Below are positions 14,180-26,214 of a DNA stretch of 64,000 nucleotides, in pieces (positions within the stretch are counted from its first letter, which is position 1; each line of letters begins with the position of its first letter). A program made the position numbers and the translations under genes. Source of the stretch: Antedon mediterranea. Lineage: Eukaryota > Animalia > Echinodermata. A model generated the notes under the pieces. The model did no database searches. It was given only the letters and a program-made list of their open reading frames with translations, and was not told the origin of the DNA. The stretch covers positions 9,920,001-9,984,000 of the forward strand of contig NC_092674.1 of the NCBI RefSeq assembly GCF_964355755.1, given 5' to 3'.

Positions 14180-14900
14180 AATATAAATTAATTTTATATT
14201 GCGCAAAATGCAGGGCACCTCTAAGCGCAATCAACAGAAAAATATTTAAAAAAAACAGAAGATTAATGATGAAAGTGTAAATTAAAAAGTTAATGTTAAA
14301 GTGCTTTGTTGTGTTTGCTGTGTACTGAAGATGCATTTAATAATGGTATAGCAAGAGAATATTGAATGATGCCGAGTGACACATGGTTACAAGAATCTTA
14401 AACTGGCATAAAGGTCAACTCCAGCAGAGCATAATGTTGGTCAAGACGGCCTGAGTTCAGCGGGTGTCGGTCTCAAAATAGATTTAAAGGTGAAAATACT
14501 GATTAAAAAATCACTTTTATTTCTTCAATATGCTTGTTGTCCTATCTTCAAAAGGATTTCATTATTAAAGGAGGTATTACTTCCAAGGATGGGTTTAGTT
14601 TTGTGTGTGAAATGATCAAATCTCTCACAATTAGGATATAAAGTCAAGTAGGGTGCTTATAATTGATTGAAATGGCTAGAACACCAGGTCTGTCAGTGTG
14701 TCCTGTCATTCTCATGGTCTTCTTGATACAATAAGGGCAAATTGGAGCAGGAGCTTAACACTTCTGTTCTGGTAGCTGCTAGGCTATTTACAGTATACAA
14801 TTAAGGTATTTTGGAAATTACAAATATGCTCAATAGGCCTACATTATTCATCAGATAATAACGAGTACCAGTTAGCTGTTGGTGAGTTTAAGGAACATAG
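14180..14900 (-). mobile_element. Old, decayed L2-type LINE 3' fragment
   Basis: Minus strand shows relics of the L2 ORF2 C-terminus (ARIVSRR, SIFTFKS) and a GCGC...GCGC 3' stem with an AT-rich tail. Boundaries approximate. Confidence 0.4.
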
Positions 14901-14925
14901 AGGGCTTAAAACCAATTCCTTCTGA

Positions 14926-15291
14926 AGCTGATTTTCCACTAGGGGAATTTGTTCGCGCGAATCGAAAGCGTCATGCTCTGCGCATGCGTATTCGAGTTTC
15001 TGTTTGTCATACTCCCTTCTGCGACGAATTCTAGTTCGAGTTTCTAGCGAAATTTACTAGTTCGAATTGTTTCTACTTTTTGCGAAGCGAAATATTGCGC
15101 AACCAATCAGAGCTCAGGAAATGAGCTATGACGCTTTCATGAGCACTCATGCGAATCGAAATGCTCAGCAACCACACGAGGAACATGAACGTCGCAGCTA
15201 TTCGCTCATGTAGTGGAAAGAGAGTAGGCGATTTTTTTCTCTTCGAAACGTTCGATTCGCGCGAACAAATTCGCCTAGTGGAAAATAGGCT
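14926..15291. mobile_element. MITE with ~40-bp TIRs (Harbinger-like, family C)
   Basis: AGCTGATTTTCCACTAGGGGAATTTGTTCGCGCGAATCGAA at the left end, its near-perfect reverse complement at the right end. Flanks TGA/TTA are an imperfect 3-bp TSD. Confidence 0.85.
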
Positions 15292-16148
15292 TTAAGTTGA
15301 ATATACAAACATTGGAAACTCCACTTTTCCACTGTACCATATTGAAATGAAAGGTAAAGAAGTCTTATTGAACATGCCATGAAAGTATCAGTGGTCTAAT
15401 GGTAGGGTTCCTTCATATCAAGTGGAAAAGTCTCATTTTAAATCTTTTTCACAAAAAATGTTTGGCAAATACAAAAAGTGTGTTTATTAGTAAACTACCT
15501 TTTCTCTATTAGACCTGCATAAAATGACAGTTGTCATGGAAATGACTAAACAAACTAATATGTTAATTTTGTTTAATGTTATACAGTGTCCTCACTGTCA
15601 ATCTTATTTCATTAATACAACCTGTCACTTAGATAGATTGGTTTAATATTCTAAGTTAATCTGTAGATATAGAGGGATTAGAACGGCGTCAATGAAGTTA
15701 TATGCTGATGAGCTTTCAGATCAATGGAATTAAAGAGAGATTGAACGGTGAATTTATAAAATTGTACTGTAAAAATCATTTTTAAAATACCACCATTTTC
15801 CATTAATACAATATTTATTAAATTAATATTAAGGATCAACTGCCGATTTGGCTTCGGAATTTTTAATAGGGTTATTCCATTTAAAAGTAGGGGTGATGGT
15901 TATATATTGTGTGAAATAGGAATGATATTGAGGGCGATCTCTTTCAGTTGTTCCTGAGCTGCACCAGCTGTAAATCTTAAAATCCTGTTCCGAAATTAAT
16001 ATAGGACAATACTGTACATTATTTTAGAGTGTGTAAAACTGAGCATTCATTCCAGGATAGTAGAGGAAGAGTACAAACTTTAAACATACCGTGTTGGTTG
16101 CGGAACGTGGCTGAAGTTACTGTCGTTTTGTCCTGAAACAAAAGCTCA

Positions 16149-16504
16149 TGTAACGGTAGTCGTGTCGAGGGCCAAGGCAATAACGATGGCACACAATTAT
16201 TCAATGTACAAAATATAATATTTATTCAATCAAAAAATAATATTATAAAACAATGTGAAACGTAGTGATTCTGACTGATGTTATAGTCTCAAGAATCAAT
16301 ACCCGAACTAACTAACTTAACTACAAAACATATATTTATATTAAGGGGACAGGAAGGATGACTAATTAAATGGTACCACATCCTGATTGACTTTCCTTGG
16401 AAGACCCACCTCAGGAATGTAGTGTTCCAAGTTAAGTAGGCATCGGGGAGAGTAAGGGGTGAATAGCCTGTGTGACTAATAGGGTTTGGTCCCACCATGT
16501 TACA
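16149..16504 (-). repeat. 3' LTR
   Basis: TGTAAC...GTTACA termini; direct repeat of 19539-19894. Confidence 0.97.
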
Positions 16505-16514
16505 TTCCCCCGCT
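16505..16514 (-). promoter_or_regulatory. Polypurine tract
   Basis: AGCGGGGGAA on the minus strand abutting the 3' LTR. Confidence 0.8.
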
Positions 16515-17271
16515 CGTCAATTCGAAGCCGTGTCTTCGAAACCAACGAGTCACTGAGCCAAAAATGTATTGAGAAACAAACTTAACTACGAACATCTTAA
16601 ATCTAAACAAAAGAAAAAGTAACGCAAATCGTCACAAATCAATAAATCGGCAAACGTGGCAAAACATACAAAAGTAAAAGTAAAATTGGTAAAAGTTCTC
16701 AAATTAAAAGTCATAATAACAATATAAAGCGTTCATAATAATATATAGCTCAGCAAACATGTTCAGTTGAAAATGAAAGTCAGCGGGACATAAATGTAGG
16801 AACTCCTGTATTTACTCCTGATAGATCCATCAATCAGCTGTTGCCTAGAAACAAGTTGACCTGCTTCCCAAAATTCAGTTCATAACAAAAAAATCTGAGA
16901 ACGACATAACTGCAGTTGACTGTCCACTATATCTTGAAGAAAATCTTCAAAAAATGTACATTTCTGGATTCAAGTTTCTCATCAATCCGAGTCAAATAAA
17001 GTGAAATAGTTTATCAATAAGTAATTCTCATGTAAGTGTTAAAAGTTTCTTGTGATCCATTATAATTAACTTCATTCAGAGAACATAGTTGTGAAAAGCT
17101 TCTTGTACCCAGTGGGCAGGAGGGGAGAACCAATAAAACACAATTCAACATACACATCATCATGACAGTGGCAGTAAACTTAATACTACATTTAACTAAA
17201 TCCAATCTGATAAGTAAATAAGCGTATTATATTTAAGATTATACATACAAGATGAAATTGATTTTACAAAA

Positions 17272-19062
17272 TTACTGAAAAAAGGCACTCTTAACTACTG
17301 TACTGTACATATAATCATTGTTTTGTTTCTGTGGACGTTCATTATATAACCGTAGTAAATTAATGTGGTATGTTTTGTGTTTGTTACCAACTAGTATTTC
17401 ATAATTAACATCACTGAAAACTTTAGAGATAGGATAGGGACCTTGCCATTTAGATTTAACTTTCGATGTGTCATCTGGGAGGAGAATTAATACTTTCTGA
17501 CCAACCTTAAATTTTCGAGGCAATGTTTTCTTATCATAATAATGTTTCTGTTTCGCTTGGGCTTGTTTAACGCTGGTCCTAGCAATGTCATTTTTCTTGA
17601 CAATGTGGTACAATCTTGGGGGACAATCAGTGATTGGGGACGTTTTAACATTAAGAGCAGCAGCTAAATTAATAGCCTCTTGTCTTTCTTGGTTATGGGC
17701 TTCTTTTCTGGTAATAGCTAATATAGAAGGGGGCCAAGTGACGTCGTTGGGGTTACCGGTCATAACTTCGTTGCCAAGTAATAAGTCTTTAGGAGTGTCA
17801 TTACTCACGGCTGCCTTTAATTTTCCTTTATAAGCCTTACAATCAATATGTACGTGTACAACTGGGAGGGTTACGTATTGACCAGTAAAGCCTTGTATGG
17901 TAACAGTTTCACTGGTATAATCCTTGGGTTTAACAAAAGTACTTTTTACAATGCTTTGGGAGCACCCAGTGTCTCTAAGTATTTCGGCATGTCTGTTGTT
18001 AATTGTACCAGACAGTAACCATGGGTTTGTCCCATAATTGCGTTTAACATACAGGCCTAGTAATTGATCTTTTGCAGGGTTGTTGTTAAGGGGACATTGT
18101 CGACTAATGTGGCCTGGTTTATTACATTTGTAGCATGTAATGTTTTGTGTGGTGTATTGACGATTTGTGTAGGTACTGGCAGGGGCTGAATAATTATCAA
18201 AAGGGATCGAGAGCAAGGGTTTTGGGGAATAACTCGATGTAGGTTGGGGAGGGCCTTGGGATGCGGGACTGTAACTAGGAGACGGCGGGGCTATTGATGG
18301 AGGGGCGGATATTCTCGTGGAAGGTCTGGTGTTGGGCTTAGAGATAGATTCCATCCAGGGTTTACCTTTAATTTCAATCAAGGTATCGGCAATTCGAGAA
18401 AATTCATTGGACGTTTTGGGCTCTCTTTCTTTGATTAGGGAAGCAAGTGGGAAGGGGAGTTTTTGGATTGCCTGATCTAAAACAAAAAAGTCAAGAATTT
18501 CTTTGGGGTCTTGTAGGTTAACTTTTGCACTTCGGAGCCACCTCGTCATGTCTCGATCAAGTTTTCCAACCCACTCTCTAGTGGACATTGAAAGGGGTTT
18601 GGGGGTTTGTCTAAATTGTTTCCGATATGTTTCGGCTGTGAGGTGGTACTTCAAGAGGATAGCATCTTTAAGGTCGTTATATACGAAATTCTGTAAAGGC
18701 ATATCGTTGTAGGCCTCCCTGGCTTTACCAGTTAATTTTGGGAGAAGGTGTAGGGTCCAATTTTCAGGGGGAATTTGGCACTGTGCTGCAATACGCTCAA
18801 AGCATGACAAGTAGATGTCAATGTCATCCTTATCTGTGATTTTAGGGATCTTATTAATGGGGCTATGAGTATCCTGGGGCGGTTGTTGACGCATTCGAAG
18901 ACGTTGGAGTTCAAGTTCTAACTCAAGCATGCGCATTTGCATAGCTGTTTCGGATTGAGATGGTGGGGGAGGGCCAGGTGGACTCTCAAAGTTAGGAGCC
19001 AACCCAGGGGTACTAATAAGGGTTGTACGGGTTTGGGACCGAGTAAGTCGCGGAGTTGCCAT
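17272..19062 (-). CDS. Gag (SCAN-like capsid, CCHC knuckle) - aspartic protease - integrase C-terminal GPY/F segment, 596 aa
   Basis: AETYRKQFR...RWL...DQ..QKLP...EREPKT (SCAN-like), CYKCNKPGHISRQC, LRDTGCSQS, then QKHYYDKK...KWQGPY...YHINLL. No HHCC/DDE, YxDD or RNase H motifs. Confidence 0.93.
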   Translation of the reverse strand: MATPRLTRSQTRTTLISTPGLAPNFESPPGPPPPSQSETAMQMRMLELELELQRLRMRQQPPQDTHSPINKIPKITDKDDIDIYLSCFERIAAQCQIPPENWTLHLLPKLTGKAREAYNDMPLQNFVYNDLKDAILLKYHLTAETYRKQFRQTPKPLSMSTREWVGKLDRDMTRWLRSAKVNLQDPKEILDFFVLDQAIQKLPFPLASLIKEREPKTSNEFSRIADTLIEIKGKPWMESISKPNTRPSTRISAPPSIAPPSPSYSPASQGPPQPTSSYSPKPLLSIPFDNYSAPASTYTNRQYTTQNITCYKCNKPGHISRQCPLNNNPAKDQLLGLYVKRNYGTNPWLLSGTINNRHAEILRDTGCSQSIVKSTFVKPKDYTSETVTIQGFTGQYVTLPVVHVHIDCKAYKGKLKAAVSNDTPKDLLLGNEVMTGNPNDVTWPPSILAITRKEAHNQERQEAINLAAALNVKTSPITDCPPRLYHIVKKNDIARTSVKQAQAKQKHYYDKKTLPRKFKVGQKVLILLPDDTSKVKSKWQGPYPISKVFSDVNYEILVGNKHKTYHINLLRLYNERPQKQNNDYMYSTVVKSAFFQ

Positions 19063-19222
19063 TTTAAGTGAGAATGTACGATAAGTTTGGAATCAATTAG
19101 GCTAATAACAGAATGTACCTTAACTACAATATAAGTAATATTGAGAATTATCATACAATTATCAACAAGAATTATTAAAGTATAAAATAAATGCCACTGT
19201 CAGTATGAAAGTATATGCTAAT

Positions 19223-19427
19223 TAGAGTGTAGATTGGTTACTCACCCTTTACTTGTGTTGCTCTTTGTACGTCTCTGTTCCTTTATGTTTCTTGTGTTTG
19301 TTGTTTCCAAGAGTGTAGAATGGTTACTACTCACTCTTTACTTGTGTTGCTCTCTGTGTTCCTTTGTGTTCCTTGTTGTTGTGTCCAAGAGTGTAGATTG
19401 GTTACTACTCACTCTTTACTTGTGTTG
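19223..19427. repeat. Three imperfect tandem repeats in the LTR-element leader
   Basis: AGAGTGTAGAWTGGTTACT...CTTTACTTGTGTTG occurs three times. Confidence 0.85.
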
Positions 19428-19525
19428 AAAACAAAATCCGTTTCGGAAATAAAAATCAGCTTCTTTTCAAATTCTACAGCTTGGTCGACTGTATAAATTT
19501 ACTTTTTCTTCGTGAGTTCGTAAAA

Positions 19526-19538
19526 ACCGCTGCCACCA
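19526..19538 (-). promoter_or_regulatory. Primer binding site, tRNA-Leu type
   Basis: TGGTGGCAGCGGT directly follows the 5' LTR and is complementary to the ACCGCUGCCACCA 3' end of metazoan tRNA-Leu (AAG/UAG). Confidence 0.85.
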
Positions 19539-19894
19539 TGTAACGGTAGTCGTGTCGAGGGCCAAGGCAATAACGATGGCACACAATTATTCAATGTACA
19601 AAATATAATATTTATTCAATCAAAAAATAATATTATAAAACAATGTGAAACGTAGTGATTCTGACTGATGTTATAGTCTCAAGAATCAATACCCGAACTA
19701 ACTAACTTAACTACAAAACATATATTTATATTAAGGGGACAGGAAGGATGACTAATTAAATGGTACCACATCCTGATTGACTTTCCTTGGAAGACCCACC
19801 TCAGGAATGTAGTGTTCCAAGTTAAGTAGGCATCGGGGAGAGTAAGGGGTGAATAGCCTGTGTGACTAATAGGGTTTGGTCCCACCATGTTACA
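19539..19894 (-). repeat. 5' LTR
   Basis: Direct repeat of 16149-16504, adjacent to the PBS. Confidence 0.97.
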
Positions 19895-21313
19895 CTCACC
19901 ATTAGAATAAAAAGCTTATTTATTCTTATATCTTGGAACCTTTATTCCTAAAGATTTAGTAGTAGATTGGTATGACTGGTTTTTTTTCTAGGCATACAGT
20001 AAGGACCAGAAATACAGCTATTTTGTTTTTAAAATACCACATTTAAATTTTATTTCAGTTAATACTAGGTCGTAAATCTATCAATAAATCAATGTGCATG
20101 TTACAAAACATCATCAATCATGCCAAACTACAATTTGCAAATAATATATTTAATATCACAAGGATTTAATACATTCTTCTAAATTATTCTTTTATGCAAA
20201 TATTGAATTTTCTTAGAATTACATTTTGTTTTAATCATGAAAACTTGCTAACATCACAGTCGTACGTGACAGGTATCATGGCAGGTAGACATAGATTTAT
20301 CACAATGCTCGTCAAGAGAGTCATATCATTAAATGACAGCTGTCAATCATATTTTTCCCTTCGTAAATCCTTCTATATTTTATCACATGTTCTGCAATGC
20401 TACTATTGTTAAGTCTGTGATGTTTGAATACATTTTTTAAAAGAATGAAATATTCCTGAAAAAATAATATAATAATTTTGTGTTTGCAATTTTTCAAGTC
20501 ATTGTCTATATTAAATACTAAAACAGAGTTAACTATATTAAATATCATAAAATTTACATTTTATTAGCATGATTTCTAGTTTGTACATTAAAAAAATGTT
20601 AATAGAGATTCTAGAATCCTTCCGTTTGGGACAACATTTTGTGGACACTATTACAGTATTACGAGAACACTTTCCTACAGGACGCGAATATTAAAACTAT
20701 GGCCAAACCCTATTCAAGAGACACAGTTATATACGTATTGAGAAAGTGTGTTTAATTTTTATAAAGCTACCTCACATTGTTCATTAAGCAAGGACAAATA
20801 AAATAACGTTTTAATGAGAAAACTATAAATATGACTTTTGACAATTTTCCTTGCCTTTAGGTGTACAGAATGTGTTGATATGTCACGGAAAAGAGGACAA
20901 ATAATTTCATGTGGATTTCTTTTTTGCTAATTTTTCAAGGGTTTGTGTTTTGCAAGAGTTAATTGCACTTATCTGATCCTTGGAGACTTTAGTGAAAGAA
21001 TCCGCACATCTGAAATTCATCGCTGTGTGAATTTCATTCTGGGCATGTATATGCTAATTGCATAATATGTGTTGATGGCACGCATACATTTCACACAGTC
21101 TAACAATAAACAAAGCTAATATTAACATTGTTATAGTGGTACTAGGTATTGAAGAAATACTTTTGTGGTCTATTTTGTGCCAAAATTACCTGGATAAACT
21201 GACAAAGGCCCTTTCTCCTCTGAGGAGGAAAATACATTTTTCAACACCACTAGAATGTCATGAATATACTGTACAGGAGCTACAGCTGCACCAAGCGTAC
21301 TGTAGTACACATA

Positions 21314-22347
21314 GACCGTGTTCGTACGGCGATTGAAATACACGTTTATTTGGTTTTTACCCTTGGGGTAAAACCCATACGACGTTCGTACGAATAAACA
21401 AAGTACCGGTAAGCTGACACGAAACCAATTAAGATCGGAATTCTTAGGTCAAAAAGCGCCCTCTGTGCGTCGACCCATATCAATTGACATGGCGTGTTGA
21501 CAAATTCAACTGGATATTGCATGTCGTTTCGCGCGCGAATCCTTCAATTATTATTTTTTCAATCGACAACCAGACCTATATATTTATAATACATCCAATA
21601 CAATTTACTTTTTAAATAAATAATGATCGAAAATCCTGCTAACGTATGTTGTTTGTTGACCACGTGTATTTATCGTACGAGCCGAACTATTGTTGTGGAA
21701 ATTCCATTTAATGTACACGCACTGTACCCCTCTTGTAAAAATCACCACGTGTATTTATCGTGCGAGCCGAACTATTGTTGTGAAAATTCCATTTAATGTA
21801 CACGCACTGTACCCCTCTTGTAAAAATCACCACGTGTATTCATCGTGCGAGCCGAACTGTTGTTGTAAAAATTCCATTTAACACGCACTGTACCCCTCTT
21901 ATCGTGCGAGCCGAACGGTTGATGTGGTAATTCACAGACACCAGGCTACCACAATACAGAACTCTCTGCCGTTACATGTACATTATAAGCCACCGATTCG
22001 CAAGTTCAGGTCACCGGAAAAAAACCAACGAGTTGATTATTTATATATAATTTTACAAAACAATAGATATACATTCGCATTAACGAAAAAGAACATTTTA
22101 AACAATAATTGCTAAACAATCAGAAAGCTTATTTGAGGTCGCGATTTGACATGACCCCGTTAACGCTTGATTAATTATACCCCGAGGCAGCGTGTAATTG
22201 GAATGGGATTGAAATAACCAGTAAAGTTGGTGGATTTTTCGTCCAGATGGTTTTCTAATTTTTTATAGCCAGAGGCGTAAGTTAATTGCTACACGCGACC
22301 TCACAGTTGGAAGTACACGGTAGTTTCAGCCCCGTCCGAACGGGCCC
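21314..22347. mobile_element. Non-autonomous PIF/Harbinger-like element related to family A, with an internal 85-bp tandem repeat
   Basis: TIR GACCGTGTTCGTACGG / CCGTCCGAACGGGCCC, TSD ATA. CACGTGTATT recurs at 21661, 21746 and 21831. Confidence 0.78.
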
Positions 22348-22919
22348 ATAGTTGATACCAAAATTGGCACAGCTGTGTAAAGAATGGTTATCCCATTCGT
22401 ATTTGTGTGCTAGGTGGAGACAGACATGCCTAGTGTTCCAAACTTATACAGCCTAGACAAAGTTTATATACTATTTTGCTGAGTTATATTCCTTGACAAA
22501 AGCCATACAGACATTCTAATAATGTAAAATTTGCAAACTTTTATTAGAAATCATTTGAAAGTTTGTCAGACAAGACTGTCATATTTGTGATGAATGTTCT
22601 ACTAGAAATGTTTAACATGATGTTGTAATGTAGGAGCTGATTTATGCTGTCAACAGAAGGTTGTATTGGATTTCTTAATGTCAATTCCTAACATGGTCTT
22701 CATTGTAACAATCCTAGTATCCCCTGACAGATGTGATCGTAATGTTTTTATTATGCTATTTAATGTTAACATTAATTGTTTTTGAACAAATAATCCAATG
22801 TCCATTTTTTACATTTTTTACTTTTTTTTTCAAACTTTTATCTACTGATATTATATTCATTTTTTAATTCATTATTGTTAAATTAATTTATTTACTTTAT
22901 TTATATTTATTCTTCTCTA

Positions 22920-23068
22920 AATTTAAATTTGTAAAGGCAATCCCGTCACAAGATTCAAATCTTTTTGGGATTTGCCTTCATCCATTTTCTTTTATTATCA
23001 CTTGCCATTTTGTTTTTGTTACTATTTATCTTGTGGACGTGAATAAATGTGAATTGAAATGAAAAAAA
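22920..23068 (+). mobile_element. 3' end relic of a non-LTR retroelement
   Basis: Hairpin AAGGCAATCCC...GGGATTTGCCTT, then AATAAA and a TGAA-type tail. Confidence 0.4.
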
Positions 23069-25980
23069 TGGTAAAACTGTAAATAATTTTTAGCAGTAAA
23101 TTAGCGACACTGGGCAGGTAAACATTATAATCGTTAATCTAACTGTTAAATATTTGTGTGAGAGTGGTTTATCAATTAGCACTAAACTTTAACAGGATCT
23201 GTATTAGTGACGAGGTTGTCAACGTACAACTTTTAGCTCCACCACAAAATAACGGTTATTTGATTGACCGTTATCCAACTACTGTTTAGCATCTGTCACC
23301 GTCTCACTGCTTTGAATTTCAGGTAAAAGTTGACATTATAGCCGATCTCCACTTATTGATTTAAATGTTTTTTTGGGACAATAGTGCACGTTACCACCAC
23401 TGTCACAATAGTGTCATTTACATTTTAGCAAAAAAAGTCTTATAATCTTTTGCAATCTCTAATCAATAAGATAATTTATGAGACATTTTAAAACGGATTT
23501 ACAGTACTTCTTTCCAAAAGAATCAATGGATCAATAGTTGATGACATTGTAAAATACTTTAAAGAAAAAAACTCCAATATAAATATTAGTAATTTTTTGC
23601 AATTTTTTCCTATGATTTATAATGCGTTCTCTAAATACAGTAGTCATTTTGCCAATGGCAAATGCAACCAAAGTGCTTCAAATGGTGCAAAACATGACCT
23701 TCTTTACTACAGAGATTTTCATATCCCCCAGTACACATTCATGTAGACAGTGACCCTGACTGCACTAATACTTACCACTTTAATGTCGTATTAACAACCA
23801 CTAATAATTATCATAATAGAGACGTGGATAATGTATGGTCTGTTTTATGTACCGACATTACGGTTATTGATGCACTTACAGTACGTGCTTCTTTTTTTGT
23901 GAAGTGCCATAAAATTACCGTATTTGTAATTACCGTAAGTAACGTATGAGCTTGTTTATTGAGGAATGGTACTTGCACACAGATTGAACTTGTTTGTTGG
24001 TTTTCTGTCTCCGCCACTCCTTTGACTAACAACAGAATGACAAAAGCTGTATAGTACAAATTCAATAGTCAATAGACTAGTAGAGTTGTGACTAATAGTG
24101 GTTATGATGCTTTGCTACCAATCCAAAAGTCCTAGGTCCAAGTCCTGTCATATGTCAAATTACAACTCCACTCCCAAAGACTTTGTTTATGTAGAGCATC
24201 CTGTGTATATGTTTGTCTTGTGAATGGAATTGCCACATTTAAGAAGGATATTGAATGAATTCGCTTATGGTTATCCTTTTCAATTTTTCTAATATAATAT
24301 AGATACAAAGAAAAAATAATCAAGATTATACCACTGTAGTAAAATGATGCTAACGTATATATGTAGGCCACATTTAATAAATAGAGAACAAATCTTCATT
24401 TTAAAGTCATAGTTTATTCAATTACATTATTTGTTGCCGAATGGCCAAGTATAATCTGATGCTTAAGTATAATTGTACATCTGAGTTCCCTTGGTTAAAT
24501 TCATTGCAATCATCTGACAATTCCTACCTCCAAATTTTGTACCCAGGCCTCACTATGAATGTAATCGGTTTGTACAGTATACAGGTCATTTTAAATATGT
24601 TATCAAGACTTATCTTTATTCTTTTTCTAGTGCTAGGTATAACTGTAATGATCTAGTAAGCCGTAAAGGGCTATCCGAATTTCCTCAGTTTCCAGTTAAG
24701 CTTGAGGACGATAATAGGCCTATACTACATTTGCCTTCACCTACAGTAGCACATGTAAAACCTTATTGGTAAAAGAGTGCCTCATAATTATTGAAATTAT
24801 TATATTTATAATGTTGAAATGCATAACTAATCAATCAATTAGGGTTGTTTACTAAGAATTGAGTCTAGTACTTTTATTAATAATTTTGAAATGTCACATG
24901 TTTGGTAGAAAGAGGATGTGTAGGCAGCATAAAGAAGGCCCTCCGGCCATACTCATTCAATAAGAACTTCCGTGCTATGCGTCCTAACCTGCACTCCATG
25001 TCGCCTAGTTTAATAAGACACTTGGAACGTATCTGTGTTTCCTTTTAAATGGAAGGTCAATGACCCCACTGAATGGTGGATCAATGATTTGTCAGAACCC
25101 CTACAGTGTGATACCCTTGACTTTATGCGGGCAATCGGTTGGAAACACCACAACTTGGCTCTGTTCAGAATCATAATAGCTATTGGGGGTAAAGATAGAA
25201 CTCAATTGTGAATACATTTTTAGTGAATATAGTCATAAACACAATGAGAATAACTTCGTTTTTAATTGTGGTTATATTTCTTGTACGTTTTCCTGTTCAA
25301 AGAGGAAATTTTAATTTGTTGATTATTACAAATAATTATTAAAAATGTTTTTAATTCATTTAATATTATCTTCATAATCAATAAGTTTTATTTTAAAATC
25401 AAATTTTACTTCTAATCGTGATTGTTATTTTCTCAACCATCAATATTTTTTTAAGAACATCTTGTTCATAATATTATCCAATACTATATCATTTTATGTC
25501 TCATCATAAATCAACATAATTGTGGTTTTCAAAGAAATATTAATAGCATACCACATTGGTCCATCTCTCGTCCATTATTTGTCCGTATATACAATTATAA
25601 GATCAAACGGAAGACTGATCACAACATGAATAGCAAACATTCAGAGAGAAACAAAAATGTTCACATACAGACTTATACACATACTGCTAAACAAGGCGAT
25701 ATACATGGCTGCAGTCGCATGCTCAAATTTGAGTTAGACCGACCAACCGACATATTAGTAAGCTGTAGAGTCACATTGCACGCAACTAATAAAAGGACAG
25801 AGTGGCAAACACTGGTGAGATGCCTGATTTCTAACGACGACATGCGTTTAATAAGAGATGCAATTATTATAAAACTATAAATTTTATACAAAAATGTATT
25901 GGGGTTTGGGATTGTTAGGTGGTAGGGTGCGTATGACATAGGGTACCGTAGTTGTACCCTACATACAGTTAGATAGAGTT

Positions 25981-26100
25981 ATTTATCAACTTTAATATTA
26001 ATATTAATGTATGTATGTATTTTCTTTTCTTTTCATGTCAAATTAATCTTGGTTTTTGCTTTGTCCTTCGTTCATCTCCATTACCTTCTAACAGGTGAGT
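25981..26100 (+). promoter_or_regulatory. Candidate recursive splice site (3' splice site fused to 5' splice site)
   Basis: About 110-nt AG-free, pyrimidine-rich stretch ending CCTTCTAACAG|GTGAGT; junction at 26094/26095. Confidence 0.55.
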
Positions 26101-26214
26101 CACTTTATTATCATAAATTGCCTTTGTTTAGTTGCTTAACACAGAAAAAAAAAATTCTGTGTTTATTTGTAGAATGATTCAGATTGAGTGAGATATTCAG
26201 CTTTCAATCAAGTT

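Larger units (their letters stand above)
16149..19894 (-). mobile_element. Gmr1-like Ty3/Gypsy LTR retrotransposon, internally deleted (non-autonomous), recent
   Basis: Two 356-bp TG...CA LTRs (16149-16504, 19539-19894) with no difference seen, 4-bp TSD CTCA, PBS, PPT and a gag-protease ORF. Confidence 0.97.

Noticed and set aside
16289-19888. Duplicated 69-aa ORF (16289-16498 and 19679-19888)
   Set aside because: Incidental ORF inside the two LTR copies.
23300-23330. Second AG|GT site (TTTCAG|GTAAAA at 23322/23323)
   Set aside because: Shorter, interrupted pyrimidine tract and weaker donor than 26094; plausible by chance, though worth including in the same RNA-seq check.
25054-25066. IR1 nuclear-receptor palindrome AGGTCAATGACCC
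   Set aside because: A single imperfect motif in 64 kb with no supporting evidence.
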